From a virus (Duplodnaviria; Caudoviricetes), in the IMG/VR virus record IMGVR_UViG_3300027563_000002, positions 32,001 through 96,000 of that record: a DNA stretch of 64,000 nucleotides; one strand, written 5' to 3'. Positions 1 through 9,326 of this stretch are shown one piece after another. The notes under the pieces were generated by a model. The model did no database searches. It was not told the DNA's origin and worked only from the letters and a program-made list of their open reading frames with translations. A program made the translations under genes and the position numbers. The first letter of the stretch is position 1, and every line of letters begins with the position of its first letter.

Positions 1-146
1 TCCATGGTAAGAATAGCCACATAAGGTTCGTTGTTCTCTGTGGCCAGCTGTTTGGCAGTTTTTTCTGGTGCTCGAGGCACACGAATAACTTTTTCTTTTT
101 CCTCTTTGGCAGGAGGCTTCTTTTTAAATCTATCAAAAATTCCCAT
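1..146 (-). CDS. Hypothetical protein, N-terminal part only (MGIFDRFKKKPPAKEEKEKVIRVPRAPEK...)
   Basis: ATG at 146 preceded by AGGA; frame open to the window edge; not in ORF track. Confidence 0.75.
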   Translation of the reverse strand, partial: MGIFDRFKKKPPAKEEKEKVIRVPRAPEKTAKQLATENNEPYVAILTM

Positions 147-154
147 GAGGTTCC

Positions 155-1030
155 TTAGGCCAAGCTGGCATATAAATGCATCTGCAAATTCAATTTGAGT
201 CCATGCTCAACACAGTAACGCCCTGTGTATTCGTGATTAGCTTGATTGGCTGAAAGATCCAACAAGCCAGGTTCCCAGAAGCTGATGACCTCATCCACTG
301 TGCTGCGTTCAGCCATGGTAATTGTGCCTTTTTCTGCTCGCAACAGTTTGATCCGTTGTGGGAAACTGTTGTACACATTCATTGGACTGCAATAGATTTC
401 CTTGTGAGGGTTTTGACGTTTCCATTCGTGTGCCCACTCGGGAATGTTGTTGTATGGACTGACAATATCTGCTGACATAACAAACTTCAAACAGTCTGCT
501 CGATCCATGATGGTTTTGCTGGGTGCAAGATATTTCACCGCAACACCGTTTTTCTCTATACATTTGGGACTGCATACCAGTGTAACACCTGCAGGTACCT
601 CAGTTTCTGGAATGCCATTGCTTTCCACCTGCACCGCCTTGAATCTTGGCAATTGACGACTCATAAATGCTGAAATATTTTCCTGCAACAGCGGTTCGCC
701 GCCGGTCATTACCAGGACCACTCCGGGATAATCATTTGTGTTGGCATTGACCCATGCAGGAGTTGCTCGGCCTTGTTTGTGCCAAAAATCATTAATGGCA
801 TCATGCATCTTGTGGTCCAGCTGATCAAAGGTCAACCAGTCGCCGTCATCAAAGAATGTGTCACAAAAACTGCAATCCAAATTGCACTTGGCCAAGCGTA
901 TGAACAGTGCAGGCTGACCTGCATACGGACCTTCGCCTTGCAGGGTAAAGAACATACTGGTCACAAACAAACTGTCTGCAGGTGCGTCCTTAAAATACTT
1001 CTTGCCAATAATTTCGTTAGTACCAAACAT
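155..1030 (-). CDS. queE: 7-carboxy-7-deazaguanine synthase (radical SAM)
   Basis: TLQGEGPYAG..FIRLAKCNLDCSFCDT (CxxxCxxC), TGGEPLLQ, VESNG, SPK, LQMH C-terminus; queD and folE nearby. Confidence 0.93.
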   Translation of the reverse strand: MFGTNEIIGKKYFKDAPADSLFVTSMFFTLQGEGPYAGQPALFIRLAKCNLDCSFCDTFFDDGDWLTFDQLDHKMHDAINDFWHKQGRATPAWVNANTNDYPGVVLVMTGGEPLLQENISAFMSRQLPRFKAVQVESNGIPETEVPAGVTLVCSPKCIEKNGVAVKYLAPSKTIMDRADCLKFVMSADIVSPYNNIPEWAHEWKRQNPHKEIYCSPMNVYNSFPQRIKLLRAEKGTITMAERSTVDEVISFWEPGLLDLSANQANHEYTGRYCVEHGLKLNLQMHLYASLA

Positions 1031-1042
1031 GTTGCATTGCCT

Positions 1043-1777
1043 TTATAGTCTTTTTATTCGAGCCATTCCTGAACGACAAGGATCTTTATTTAGATTCAAA
1101 CTTTCTTCATGTATTTTAACACGAGTTTCTGTCTTTGTCACCCAACCTGGTAACACTGCATCCAAATAGGCCAAATGTTCTGCAGGAGTAGGATGATAAT
1201 CTACCCTTCCTTCGGGGTATTGAAATCTTTTGTGTTGATCAGTATTCCAATATTCCTGCCCCAGCACTGTGGTAAAACTGGGCAATATATTATCAAGCGC
1301 ACTCTTGTACACATCAACTGCATCGTGATTTTGATACTGTGTTTGTTCCCAAAGATCCAGTTGTAGTATAGGGCACATGCTGATTGTTTTAAAAGTCACT
1401 GTGGATCTTGCTGACAACACATCATGGACAGCTTTGATAAACGCCAAGTCTCTAATCAAATTGCCTCGTTCACACACCGCATCAGTCACAAATTCTTTGG
1501 TAAAGATAGGTGTGGTCATGATATTGCCCAAGGTCACCCAATGATCTTTTATGTAACGGTCCTCGCGCATGATATTGGTCCAACACACTACTACTGTGTC
1601 GCCAGCACCAAACTGATGCCGTTGATCCGCTTCCATTAATGAGTTAAAAATGAAGTGATTGCCGCCGCCACTCTGCCCCCAGTTTTCAAAATAGTCAAAC
1701 TCCGGTGCAAGACAATCAGCCCAGGTGCTCCAACGATAGTTGGTAAAACTGCACCCAAACGCAAACAGTCTGCTCAT
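1043..1777 (-). CDS. SGNH/GDSL-like hypothetical protein
   Basis: FAFGCSFT, NWGQSGGGN and DYHP motifs; start at 1777 overlaps the upstream stop (ATGA). Confidence 0.65.
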   Translation of the reverse strand: MSRLFAFGCSFTNYRWSTWADCLAPEFDYFENWGQSGGGNHFIFNSLMEADQRHQFGAGDTVVVCWTNIMREDRYIKDHWVTLGNIMTTPIFTKEFVTDAVCERGNLIRDLAFIKAVHDVLSARSTVTFKTISMCPILQLDLWEQTQYQNHDAVDVYKSALDNILPSFTTVLGQEYWNTDQHKRFQYPEGRVDYHPTPAEHLAYLDAVLPGWVTKTETRVKIHEESLNLNKDPCRSGMARIKRL

Positions 1778-2553
1778 ATTTTTCTTGCCTTGACCAGCAG
1801 ATGCCAACCAAGATATTCCTTCACAGCTTGACGATGCGCATCTGACATGGCCTCAAACCATGGTTCCAATACATAACGGCCTTTTTTGTATTCTTCTACA
1901 TTGTACATGAAACAATGGTCTTGTCGCAGTCTCTCAATTGTCCACCCATCTTTCATTAGATTTTGAATTTCATCTTTACTGAACGCCTGTGCATATGGGC
2001 AACCTGCCTGAGCTTCAAACTGGTCCAGTCCCTTCTGGATCATGGCATACTTCCAGGAGTTTTTGGCATACACCATGTAACGAAATTCTCCATTGTGCTC
2101 CAGCACTGACTTTACATTGCAAATGATATTATCGATCCCAGGAAAGTGATGTATCACACCATAACTATAAACCAAGTCAAATTTGCCCAGTTTTTGCAAG
2201 GCATCACCATCGGTGACATCAACATTGTGAAATTCGCCAAGCAGCCCCAGTACTTCAAAACGTTGTCGACTCAGCGCAATACTTTGACTGCTGAGATCAA
2301 TACCCACATAGTCAGCACCATGCTTGGCAAATTCTTCTGCGTCTGATCCAATGCCACAGCCAATTTCCAAAACACGTTTGCCAGCCCACAGATGAAAGCC
2401 AGCAAATTCGGCAATATGTGGTTCAACACGATATCTTCTTTGACTTACTTCTTGAAAAAATTCTGGCGTGCCGATGTCACTAGTGCCATGTTTGATGTTG
2501 CATGGTTGGCTGTTCCAGTACTGTTTGATTTTTTCTTCTAGCTTAGAGTGCAT
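1774..2553 (-). CDS. Class I SAM-dependent methyltransferase
   Basis: VLEIGCGIGSD, GIDLS, FDLVYSYGVIHH motifs. Confidence 0.9.
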   Translation of the reverse strand: MHSKLEEKIKQYWNSQPCNIKHGTSDIGTPEFFQEVSQRRYRVEPHIAEFAGFHLWAGKRVLEIGCGIGSDAEEFAKHGADYVGIDLSSQSIALSRQRFEVLGLLGEFHNVDVTDGDALQKLGKFDLVYSYGVIHHFPGIDNIICNVKSVLEHNGEFRYMVYAKNSWKYAMIQKGLDQFEAQAGCPYAQAFSKDEIQNLMKDGWTIERLRQDHCFMYNVEEYKKGRYVLEPWFEAMSDAHRQAVKEYLGWHLLVKARKI

Positions 2554-3403
2554 GTAAAGGTTTCCTATCTCCAGACACTGCATATTTGACTGCATATTGC
2601 ATCATTTGTTTATTGACATCGTTGAGTTTGAGTTTTTCCCAAGGATCTTGTTTGCCGGCAAATACATTTCGGAAAAAGCTCATGTCCTGCCCACGTTGAG
2701 ATTCCAAATAGTCAGCAATCACATCACAATCTTTATGGCGTCGATCAATCTGTGAAAGATGATGAAAGTCCAAGGGATTTTGCGGATTTCCTTCCAGCAT
2801 GGGCCGATTCAAAAATGTTTCGTCGTTGTTGTTGCCAGTCAGATCATGTCGATCATGCAACACTTGAATATCGGTACGTTGCATGATGTCCAGCAGATAT
2901 GCCTGTTGACTCAGCCAAGCATCTGATATCTGATGCGGGCTTAGATAACCCAACAAATCCAACCAAGCTCTGGGCACAATGGGAAAAATACTATAAGGAT
3001 GACGGTGATGGGTGTCAAATGCCAACAGTTTGAATTGACCTTGCCAGGCCATGATCTGATCATCCCAGTCCTGTGTTTGCATCACAGCATCGTCATTCCA
3101 AAAAACCAACCAATGTGCATCACTGGCCAGAGCCAATGCATTCACATACTGATTGAGTCGGATGTAACCCATGGGTTCAAACTTCATGGCAGTGTAGCTG
3201 ACATCTTGTTGGTCCAACCAGGGCTGAACCACATTGACAAAATGTTTCATACCAATATCATCGTCATTGTCAAATCCAAACATCAATTGTACACGACTTG
3301 GATCCTGGGCCAGTGTGACCAAACTCTGAATGCTTTTTTCTAACATTTCTGCTCGCCCACGTGTGGGCAACAGTATAGCAATATCAAATTCTGGATTGTT
3401 CAT
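2543..3403 (-). CDS. GT-A (family 2-like) glycosyltransferase
   Basis: IAILLPTRGR, FDNDD, FWNDD (DxD-like); GAGGAG RBS before ATG 3403. Confidence 0.75.
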   Translation of the reverse strand: MNNPEFDIAILLPTRGRAEMLEKSIQSLVTLAQDPSRVQLMFGFDNDDDIGMKHFVNVVQPWLDQQDVSYTAMKFEPMGYIRLNQYVNALALASDAHWLVFWNDDAVMQTQDWDDQIMAWQGQFKLLAFDTHHRHPYSIFPIVPRAWLDLLGYLSPHQISDAWLSQQAYLLDIMQRTDIQVLHDRHDLTGNNNDETFLNRPMLEGNPQNPLDFHHLSQIDRRHKDCDVIADYLESQRGQDMSFFRNVFAGKQDPWEKLKLNDVNKQMMQYAVKYAVSGDRKPLHAL

Positions 3404-3436
3404 TGTCTCCTCTTTCATATAAATAATCCCATTTTA

Positions 3437-3886
3437 TTAAACTTCGTATATAGCTGAGTTAGCACCATGTTCAGCACATTCAACTCTGACACAATAACAA
3501 CGATTATTAGTTTTATCTCGAATCAGTTGGTTAGCAAAGTTAAAAGCATGTTCGGCAAACTTCTCTGCACCCACACCATCAAAGATGCGGATCTCAGCTA
3601 GATCCAATGCTTCTAGTTCTTGAAACTTGGCCAGGTATGGATCTGCCTTGTCTAAAGCCAACTTGTGATCAAAGTGATCTTCTAGCCAGGCTTTGATTTC
3701 TTTAAGACCGCCAAAGTCGACGGCCCAATTTTTATCATCTAGCTGATCACACCCAAATGTGAATGTGAACGCTAGACTGTAACCGTGTAGCAAGTGACAG
3801 TGTGAATGATCTGCGTTGGGTTGACGGAATACAGCACTCAAGCCAATGTTGTGCCCGTAGTGTTTTGTTGAGTAATATTTTGCCAT
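3437..3886 (-). CDS. queD: 6-carboxy-5,6,7,8-tetrahydropterin synthase
   Basis: CHLLHGY, VDFGGLK, FDHK, GAEKFA, VECAEHGANSA motifs. Confidence 0.9.
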   Translation of the reverse strand: MAKYYSTKHYGHNIGLSAVFRQPNADHSHCHLLHGYSLAFTFTFGCDQLDDKNWAVDFGGLKEIKAWLEDHFDHKLALDKADPYLAKFQELEALDLAEIRIFDGVGAEKFAEHAFNFANQLIRDKTNNRCYCVRVECAEHGANSAIYEV

Positions 3887-3895
3887 TGTAATTTC

Positions 3896-3918
3896 CCTAT
3901 GTTAGATTATAGCATAGG
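3896..3918 (-). promoter_or_regulatory. Extended -10 promoter (TGCTATAAT) inside a CCTATG/CATAGG hairpin that overlaps the queD RBS
   Basis: Minus strand CCTATG-CTATAATCTAA-CATAGG-GAAATTACA-ATG. Confidence 0.6.
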
Positions 3919-3920
3919 CA

Positions 3921-3957
3921 GCAGAGTTTGTATAGCGGGATGAAGCCAAAGGCCGCT
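3921..3957 (-). ncRNA. Candidate preQ1-I-like aptamer variant in the queD leader
   Basis: AGCGG-CCUUUGGCUUCAUC-CCGCU-AUACAAACUCUG: 5-bp stem, loop ending in C, A-rich tail, upstream of queD. Confidence 0.4.
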
Positions 3958-3966
3958 TAAAAATAT

Positions 3967-4371
3967 TTATACAGGCAGTTGATAGCCGTCTGCTTTGTAA
4001 TTGGCTTGCCCTACAATAACTCCACGCACACCACCTACAGGATCAGCACAGTCGCCCACACGGCGTGGTATCAAATGCACATGTGGGTACATCACAGTTT
4101 GTCCTGCTTCCCGACCCATGTTGATGCCAATGTTAAATGACGCACATTCGCCATCGGCTACCATTCGTCGACCTTCCTGCATGGCTGTTCGAAAACAATC
4201 CATGATCACTGTATCTGTGTTGTATTGTGGCACAAACAACAAGTGTCCCGATGTTACCGGATATCGATCTTGAAACACCGCTACACTAAATGCTGTGAGT
4301 CGTTCAACTGCCAAGTCCCAAGGTGCCACTCCTGCGGCTTGTGCTTGTTCTAATGTTTCGTACTTGATCAT
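3967..4371 (-). CDS. HIT family nucleotide hydrolase
   Basis: DRYPVTSGHLLFVP, FNIGINMGREAGQTVMYPHVHLIPR. Confidence 0.92.
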   Translation of the reverse strand: MIKYETLEQAQAAGVAPWDLAVERLTAFSVAVFQDRYPVTSGHLLFVPQYNTDTVIMDCFRTAMQEGRRMVADGECASFNIGINMGREAGQTVMYPHVHLIPRRVGDCADPVGGVRGVIVGQANYKADGYQLPV

Positions 4372-5066
4372 TCTTTTCTGCCGCCAAACAACTGCAACAA
4401 ATTCAAGAACAAGTTGATAAAGTCCATGTACAAAGTCAATGCGCCACGTACTTCTGCAGCCGCGCTGGTTTCCATTGAAAGTTCTTCGCGAATCTTTTGT
4501 GTATCGTAGGCAGTGAGTCCCAGAAAGATAATGATAGCCAATGCGGAGATCACCATCTGCATCACGGTGCTGCCAATAAAGATATTAACGATACTGGCAA
4601 TGCAGATGGCGATCAAACCCACAATCATGAACTTGCCCAGGCTATCCAAACTTTGTTTGGTAAAGTAACCATAGCCACTCATTACACCAAACAAGATGGC
4701 AGCGCCCATGAATGCACTCACAATTGATCCCATGGTAAACACCGCAAAAATCATTGCAAAGCTCAGGCCCATCAAGGCCGCAAAACCATGTAGACACAAC
4801 TGTGCCACTTGCTTTGACGGATCATTGGCCAACACGTAACTCACACCAAATATGGCTGCTAGTGGTGCAAAAATCACAATCCATTTCAACACCCCGGTAA
4901 AAAAGAATTGCAAAAGTTCCGGGGTAGTACCAATCCAATAGCTGACCAGCATGCTGACCAACACAGCAAGACTCATGTGCCCATACACACGACCCATGGC
5001 CGAATTGATTTCTTCTGCTGACCGATAATTTAAAACACCTTGACTGCTGTAGTTTGTACCAAACAT
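4368..5066 (-). CDS. yccA: Bax inhibitor-1/YccA family membrane protein
   Basis: About 7 hydrophobic segments; AYDTQKI and GALTLYMDFINLF signatures. Confidence 0.9.
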   Translation of the reverse strand: MFGTNYSSQGVLNYRSAEEINSAMGRVYGHMSLAVLVSMLVSYWIGTTPELLQFFFTGVLKWIVIFAPLAAIFGVSYVLANDPSKQVAQLCLHGFAALMGLSFAMIFAVFTMGSIVSAFMGAAILFGVMSGYGYFTKQSLDSLGKFMIVGLIAICIASIVNIFIGSTVMQMVISALAIIIFLGLTAYDTQKIREELSMETSAAAEVRGALTLYMDFINLFLNLLQLFGGRKE

Positions 5067-5076
5067 GATTTTTCCT

Positions 5077-5193
5077 TTAAGTTAATTCTACTACTCTATA
5101 CTGAGATGCAGGATAGTGTTCCTGCAACCACTCTAAAAGCCCTGGTTCCCAGTGAAATTGAATTTCACCTGTGATATTTGTAATTATGATCAT
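5077..5193 (-). CDS. 38-aa hypothetical protein (MIIITNITGEIQFHWEPGLLEWLQEHYPASQYRVVELT)
   Basis: Fills the folE-yccA gap; ATGA overlap with the folE stop; not in ORF track. Confidence 0.65.
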   Translation of the reverse strand: MIIITNITGEIQFHWEPGLLEWLQEHYPASQYRVVELT

Positions 5194-5885
5194 CTTGGTG
5201 CAAACTCCTGCTGTAGTTTAATATTGTCCATGAACTCTTTTTTCACACTGTCGTCTGTTTTGAAAGCACCTCGCAGCACAGTGGTCTGTGTAAGACTTGA
5301 ATGTGCCATGATGCCGCGATTCTCACAGCAACCATGTGTGGCCTGTATGTACACACCAACATCTTTTGAATCAGTCGCTGCCATGATCTCGTTGGCAATG
5401 TCTATGCACAGTTCTTCTTGTAGTGTTCCTCGACGAGCACACCATTGAGCAATCCGAGTATACTTAGATAAGCCAATGAGTTTGGCAGCGGCGATGATTC
5501 CAATATAGGCGACCCCACTAACTGGTTGATGATGATGACTGCACATACTACGAAGTTCACTTCTAACCACCAACATACCTTCGTAACGATCTTGTGAATC
5601 ATTGGGAAACGCTGTTGCATCTGGTGCTGGTTCATATCTTCCTGCCATTATTTCGTTATAGTACATCTTGGCCAAGCGTCGAGCTGTGCCTTTTGAGTTG
5701 GGATCCGTTGCACGATCAATCAGCAGTGCATCCAGCACGCCTTCAAAAGCCAGGGTAGCTTCGTCAATGAGCTTTTCTTTGATGGCATCACTCATGTAGT
5801 CACTAATGTTGTCGCCGGCCCAGAAGCGTTGACCTCGGGACTGCATTTGTTCTCTAAGCACCTGTGATAAATTTTTTTCTTGCAT
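5190..5885 (-). CDS. folE: GTP cyclohydrolase I
   Basis: SMCSHH, IGLSKYTRI, LQEEL, ATHGCCENRG motifs. Confidence 0.95.
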   Translation of the reverse strand: MQEKNLSQVLREQMQSRGQRFWAGDNISDYMSDAIKEKLIDEATLAFEGVLDALLIDRATDPNSKGTARRLAKMYYNEIMAGRYEPAPDATAFPNDSQDRYEGMLVVRSELRSMCSHHHQPVSGVAYIGIIAAAKLIGLSKYTRIAQWCARRGTLQEELCIDIANEIMAATDSKDVGVYIQATHGCCENRGIMAHSSLTQTTVLRGAFKTDDSVKKEFMDNIKLQQEFAPR

Positions 5886-5902
5886 TGTTACTCCAGTGTT
5901 TG

Positions 5903-5931
5903 ATTGTACACTATTTAGATTTGTGCGTCAA
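5903..5931 (-). promoter_or_regulatory. Sigma70-type promoter for folE with a TAAATA motif in the spacer
   Basis: TTGACG-N17-TACAAT; TAAATA at 5912-5917. Confidence 0.65.
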
Positions 5932-6518
5932 CTGACTATGGAAATTTGTCTGCAATCTGGATAGATAACCTTGCGTGGTGGTTGACTTTGATACTGACTC
6001 AGCAGTGCCAGCCCACATTGAGCCTCTTCAATTGTGGGACGATAATGATAGCCAACTCGAAAAGTTTGTTGTGAAACCCAGGGAGACACAGTCAAATCTC
6101 TGCCATCATAACGCATGGCCAACAAGGCACGATAAGCCTCAGCATCATCCAACAGTATGGCACCACCACGCCCAATGTTCAAAGGTTTGTCATGTCCAAA
6201 ACTTACGCATTGTATCTGTCCTGGTCGATACATGTTGTGTTCCAAACGTCGAGCACTGTCCCAGATTCTAGTTTTTCTAAAACGATACTCACCAATCCAT
6301 TGCGCAGGATCGTCCTCTTCATACACATACTTGATACCCAATTTGTGCATGAGCATGGGTATGCTCAAATAGGTGTATGGGGTGAATGCGCAAAACTCCA
6401 CACGGTCATACCTCATGCACAGTTCAATGGCATGAGTACAACAATCAGTCATTACCACATATTGAGCACCAGTGAACTGGGCTAGGGCTGTTTCAAACTC
6501 AAGAATTTTTTCGAACAT
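5928..6518 (-). CDS. Short DegT/DnrJ/EryC1-like PLP aminotransferase
   Basis: FETALAQFTG, CTHAIEL, DSA, SFGHDKPLNIGRGGAIL (PLP Lys), GYHY; about half the usual length. Confidence 0.8.
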   Translation of the reverse strand: MFEKILEFETALAQFTGAQYVVMTDCCTHAIELCMRYDRVEFCAFTPYTYLSIPMLMHKLGIKYVYEEDDPAQWIGEYRFRKTRIWDSARRLEHNMYRPGQIQCVSFGHDKPLNIGRGGAILLDDAEAYRALLAMRYDGRDLTVSPWVSQQTFRVGYHYRPTIEEAQCGLALLSQYQSQPPRKVIYPDCRQISIVS

Positions 6519-7455
6519 ACCAGTTCCAAGCGTGTTGTATCATGTTATCCAATTCAAACTGTCGCCAATCCTTGGCTACCTGACCAAATTTGACAGCACT
6601 GGCTGTGAGCACAGCCGGGTCTCCTGGCCTGGCCTCGCCCATGACAACTTTTAATTTCCGTCCAGTCACACGCTCAGCAGCAGTAATGATTTCTCTGTTG
6701 CTAACACCGTTGTTGGAACCCAGATTGTATATACCTGCGGGAACATCATGATAGATAGCCAGACTGTGTGCTCGAGCAATGTCATCCACGTGAACATAAT
6801 CACGAATGCAGGTGCCGTCGGCAGTGGCAAAGTCTACTCCATTTAGTGTGAATTCTGTATCGTCTCTAATAGCTTCCAACACTCGGGCAATGATGTGTGT
6901 GGCACCTGATTCTTGTCCGTGTCTACCTTGACTGTCAGCACCGCAGGCATTGAAATAACGAAATGCCACATAGTCTAGCCCATATGCACGATGATAACTT
7001 TCCAAGATCTGCTCCACCATCATCTTGCTTTCACCATAAGGACTGATAGGTTCACGGGGATCAACTTCGTGACATGGAGTCATAATAGGTTCACCGTACA
7101 CTGCTGCGCTAGAACTAAAAATAAATCTGGCTTTTGGCACAGCAGACATAGCAATGTTCAGCAGTCTGAGAGTCTTGACCACATTGTTGTCGTAGTATTC
7201 GCTGGGATGCAGTATGCTGGGCCCGACCAAGCTGGTGCCTGCACAGTGTACAATGGCGGTGGGCCACACAGAAATCAACTTGCAATAAGATTCCTCACTG
7301 TCAAAATCTGCTTGCACAAAGTCCATGACATCTTCAAGATGCTGCGGCAAGGGCCTACGATCGATGCCAATAACGGTGTGTCCCGAGTCAGCCAACATCA
7401 ATGCAGTTTGCCCGCCAATGTATCCAGCAGCACCGGTAACTATTACTGTTTTCAT
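6499..7455 (-). CDS. galE: UDP-glucose 4-epimerase
   Basis: VTGAAGYIG, FSSSAAVYG, SPYGESK, RYFNACGA, DGTCIRDYVHV. Confidence 0.92.
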   Translation of the reverse strand: MKTVIVTGAAGYIGGQTALMLADSGHTVIGIDRRPLPQHLEDVMDFVQADFDSEESYCKLISVWPTAIVHCAGTSLVGPSILHPSEYYDNNVVKTLRLLNIAMSAVPKARFIFSSSAAVYGEPIMTPCHEVDPREPISPYGESKMMVEQILESYHRAYGLDYVAFRYFNACGADSQGRHGQESGATHIIARVLEAIRDDTEFTLNGVDFATADGTCIRDYVHVDDIARAHSLAIYHDVPAGIYNLGSNNGVSNREIITAAERVTGRKLKVVMGEARPGDPAVLTASAVKFGQVAKDWRQFELDNMIQHAWNWYVRKNS

Positions 7456-8069
7456 GTTATTATCACCTGCGTTAATTGTTGTGTTATTGCGTCTAACATA
7501 CGTTGAGCTACTCTCTTGGGATCAAGAGCATTATTGTAATATGATTGCTCAATCTCATTAGCAGTTTTGGTGCCTTCAAAATTACGATAGCGCATATTAG
7601 TTTTAGTCAATGAAATCTTTGCTTCGAGTATTTTAATGTGAGTGGCTTCGGTGGCAATTAAGTCAAGTGAGAATTTGCTAGCCATTTTTGTTCCGCCGTA
7701 CACACTTTGATAGGTACTGGGAGTATCTATTGCATTAGAACTACACCAAACAAATTGTCCTTGCTTTCTAGAATTAGCGTAATGTTTAAATAAAAATAAA
7801 TTTGAAATATAATTTACATTAATTTGACTTAGTTGATTTTGCCAAGTGTTTTTTAAAAATCCTTGCCATGTGCCTTGGCTATGTCCGGCACAATTAACAA
7901 GAATATCATACGGAGTAAAATCACGCTCAAATATTTGTTCTGGATGATTGAGATCTAATTCTTTTGAAGACCATGGAGTAACTGTGTATTGTTTAGAGTC
8001 GGTCATTAGGCTGCCCAAGTTTGATCCTATCCCGCCCGAAGCGCCAATTAATAATACAGATGTTTTCAT
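7452..8069 (-). CDS. Short-chain dehydrogenase/reductase
   Basis: GASGGIG, DILVNCAG, YGGTK (YxxxK); AT-rich. Confidence 0.85.
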   Translation of the reverse strand: MKTSVLLIGASGGIGSNLGSLMTDSKQYTVTPWSSKELDLNHPEQIFERDFTPYDILVNCAGHSQGTWQGFLKNTWQNQLSQINVNYISNLFLFKHYANSRKQGQFVWCSSNAIDTPSTYQSVYGGTKMASKFSLDLIATEATHIKILEAKISLTKTNMRYRNFEGTKTANEIEQSYYNNALDPKRVAQRMLDAITQQLTQVIIT

Positions 8070-8103
8070 AAATTAATTACAAAAACTTCAATTAGTCTAA
8101 ACC

Positions 8104-9306
8104 TCAATCTTCAATCCTCCTCACGTGATACTTGTCTGTAGCCACATGATCTCTATATCTGTTGCCAGCACGATTCCATTGCTCACCTGCACCGCTTATG
8201 ATGTCTATCACACGATCGATGGTACCATTATTCCAATCACTAATCAAGCCCATGTTGTGATGTGGTTCACGCAGGAGATTTTGCATTTTGTGATAGGCAT
8301 CATCTATTGACCAAGGAACATAAAGCCTGTTAGGGTCATTAGAAAAAGTTTCAGGGAAAGACCTATAAGCAGGGTATAAAACATTACAGCCAAGAGTGTC
8401 TGCTTCACTGACTGTGTTGCTAACCCAATCTTGAAGGGCGCAATTAAACAGCACACGAGTATTATTAAGGTGAGCGTAGTAATCATTTTTTGTAATGTTG
8501 TCATAGATTTTGAGTTTGCCTTCCTGCTCGTACATTCTGGCACGGGTCACATATTCAGGATTGTTGCTGCGCAGAGGTCCACCTGAGTAGATCACAAATT
8601 CACAAGGCTCGCTGGTGAGCTGCTCATACATCTCAATCAAGTCCATAAAGAAGCCTGGTTGTTTCTCTTGATCCCAACGTGCAGCAAAGCCCACACGTCG
8701 CGGACGATCTGCAAATGGCTTGATGTTTGCACTGCCACCAATGCGTTCTAAAACTTCTTCTTTGCCAAATGCCAAGCCCGAAATGTTGTAGATTGGAGCA
8801 GTCCAGCCTGCGATTCGCATGTGAGCCACCATCTCTTCGTTGGTGGCCAGCACACCTGTAACAAACTGATTGACCATCTTTTCATAAGTGCTCATCCAGC
8901 CAGCCATGCCCCACACATGCACAAAGTCATCGGGATCAATGGCCTGTGCTAGACAGCGAACAAACACTTGTGGGCGTTGTTCTGCGGGAATCTGGTCCAT
9001 GATGTAGGGCAGGCTTTCAATGCCAGGTTGAAACATGTCTTCAAAGTAGATGACATCTTCCGCAGTTACTTCGCCATTCTTCATCAGCTGAACCAAGTTC
9101 ATCATTTGACTCATGGCAAAGTAACTGCGGCCATGTGCATCCAGCACCTGTCCAACACTGATGCTTTGTGTATTGTCAATGGTGACACCGGGCACATATA
9201 CCACATCTAGGCCACGACGCTCAAACACACGTCGATTCCATTCAGTTAGTTGTAGAGTGTAACGGGCCTCGTAACTTTCGAGACCCATGTAATAAAGTTT
9301 TTTCAT
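8104..9306 (-). CDS. GT-B fold glycosyltransferase
   Basis: FAARWDQEKQPGFF and VSNTVSEADTLGCNVLYP (GT4-like region); about 400 aa. Confidence 0.7.
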   Translation of the reverse strand: MKKLYYMGLESYEARYTLQLTEWNRRVFERRGLDVVYVPGVTIDNTQSISVGQVLDAHGRSYFAMSQMMNLVQLMKNGEVTAEDVIYFEDMFQPGIESLPYIMDQIPAEQRPQVFVRCLAQAIDPDDFVHVWGMAGWMSTYEKMVNQFVTGVLATNEEMVAHMRIAGWTAPIYNISGLAFGKEEVLERIGGSANIKPFADRPRRVGFAARWDQEKQPGFFMDLIEMYEQLTSEPCEFVIYSGGPLRSNNPEYVTRARMYEQEGKLKIYDNITKNDYYAHLNNTRVLFNCALQDWVSNTVSEADTLGCNVLYPAYRSFPETFSNDPNRLYVPWSIDDAYHKMQNLLREPHHNMGLISDWNNGTIDRVIDIISGAGEQWNRAGNRYRDHVATDKYHVRRIED

Positions 9307-9326
9307 ATAGTTTTTTCTTGGGAGAT

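Noticed and set aside
1016-5066. QueE and YccA both start MFGTN
   Set aside because: Only five residues and two cases; chance cannot be excluded
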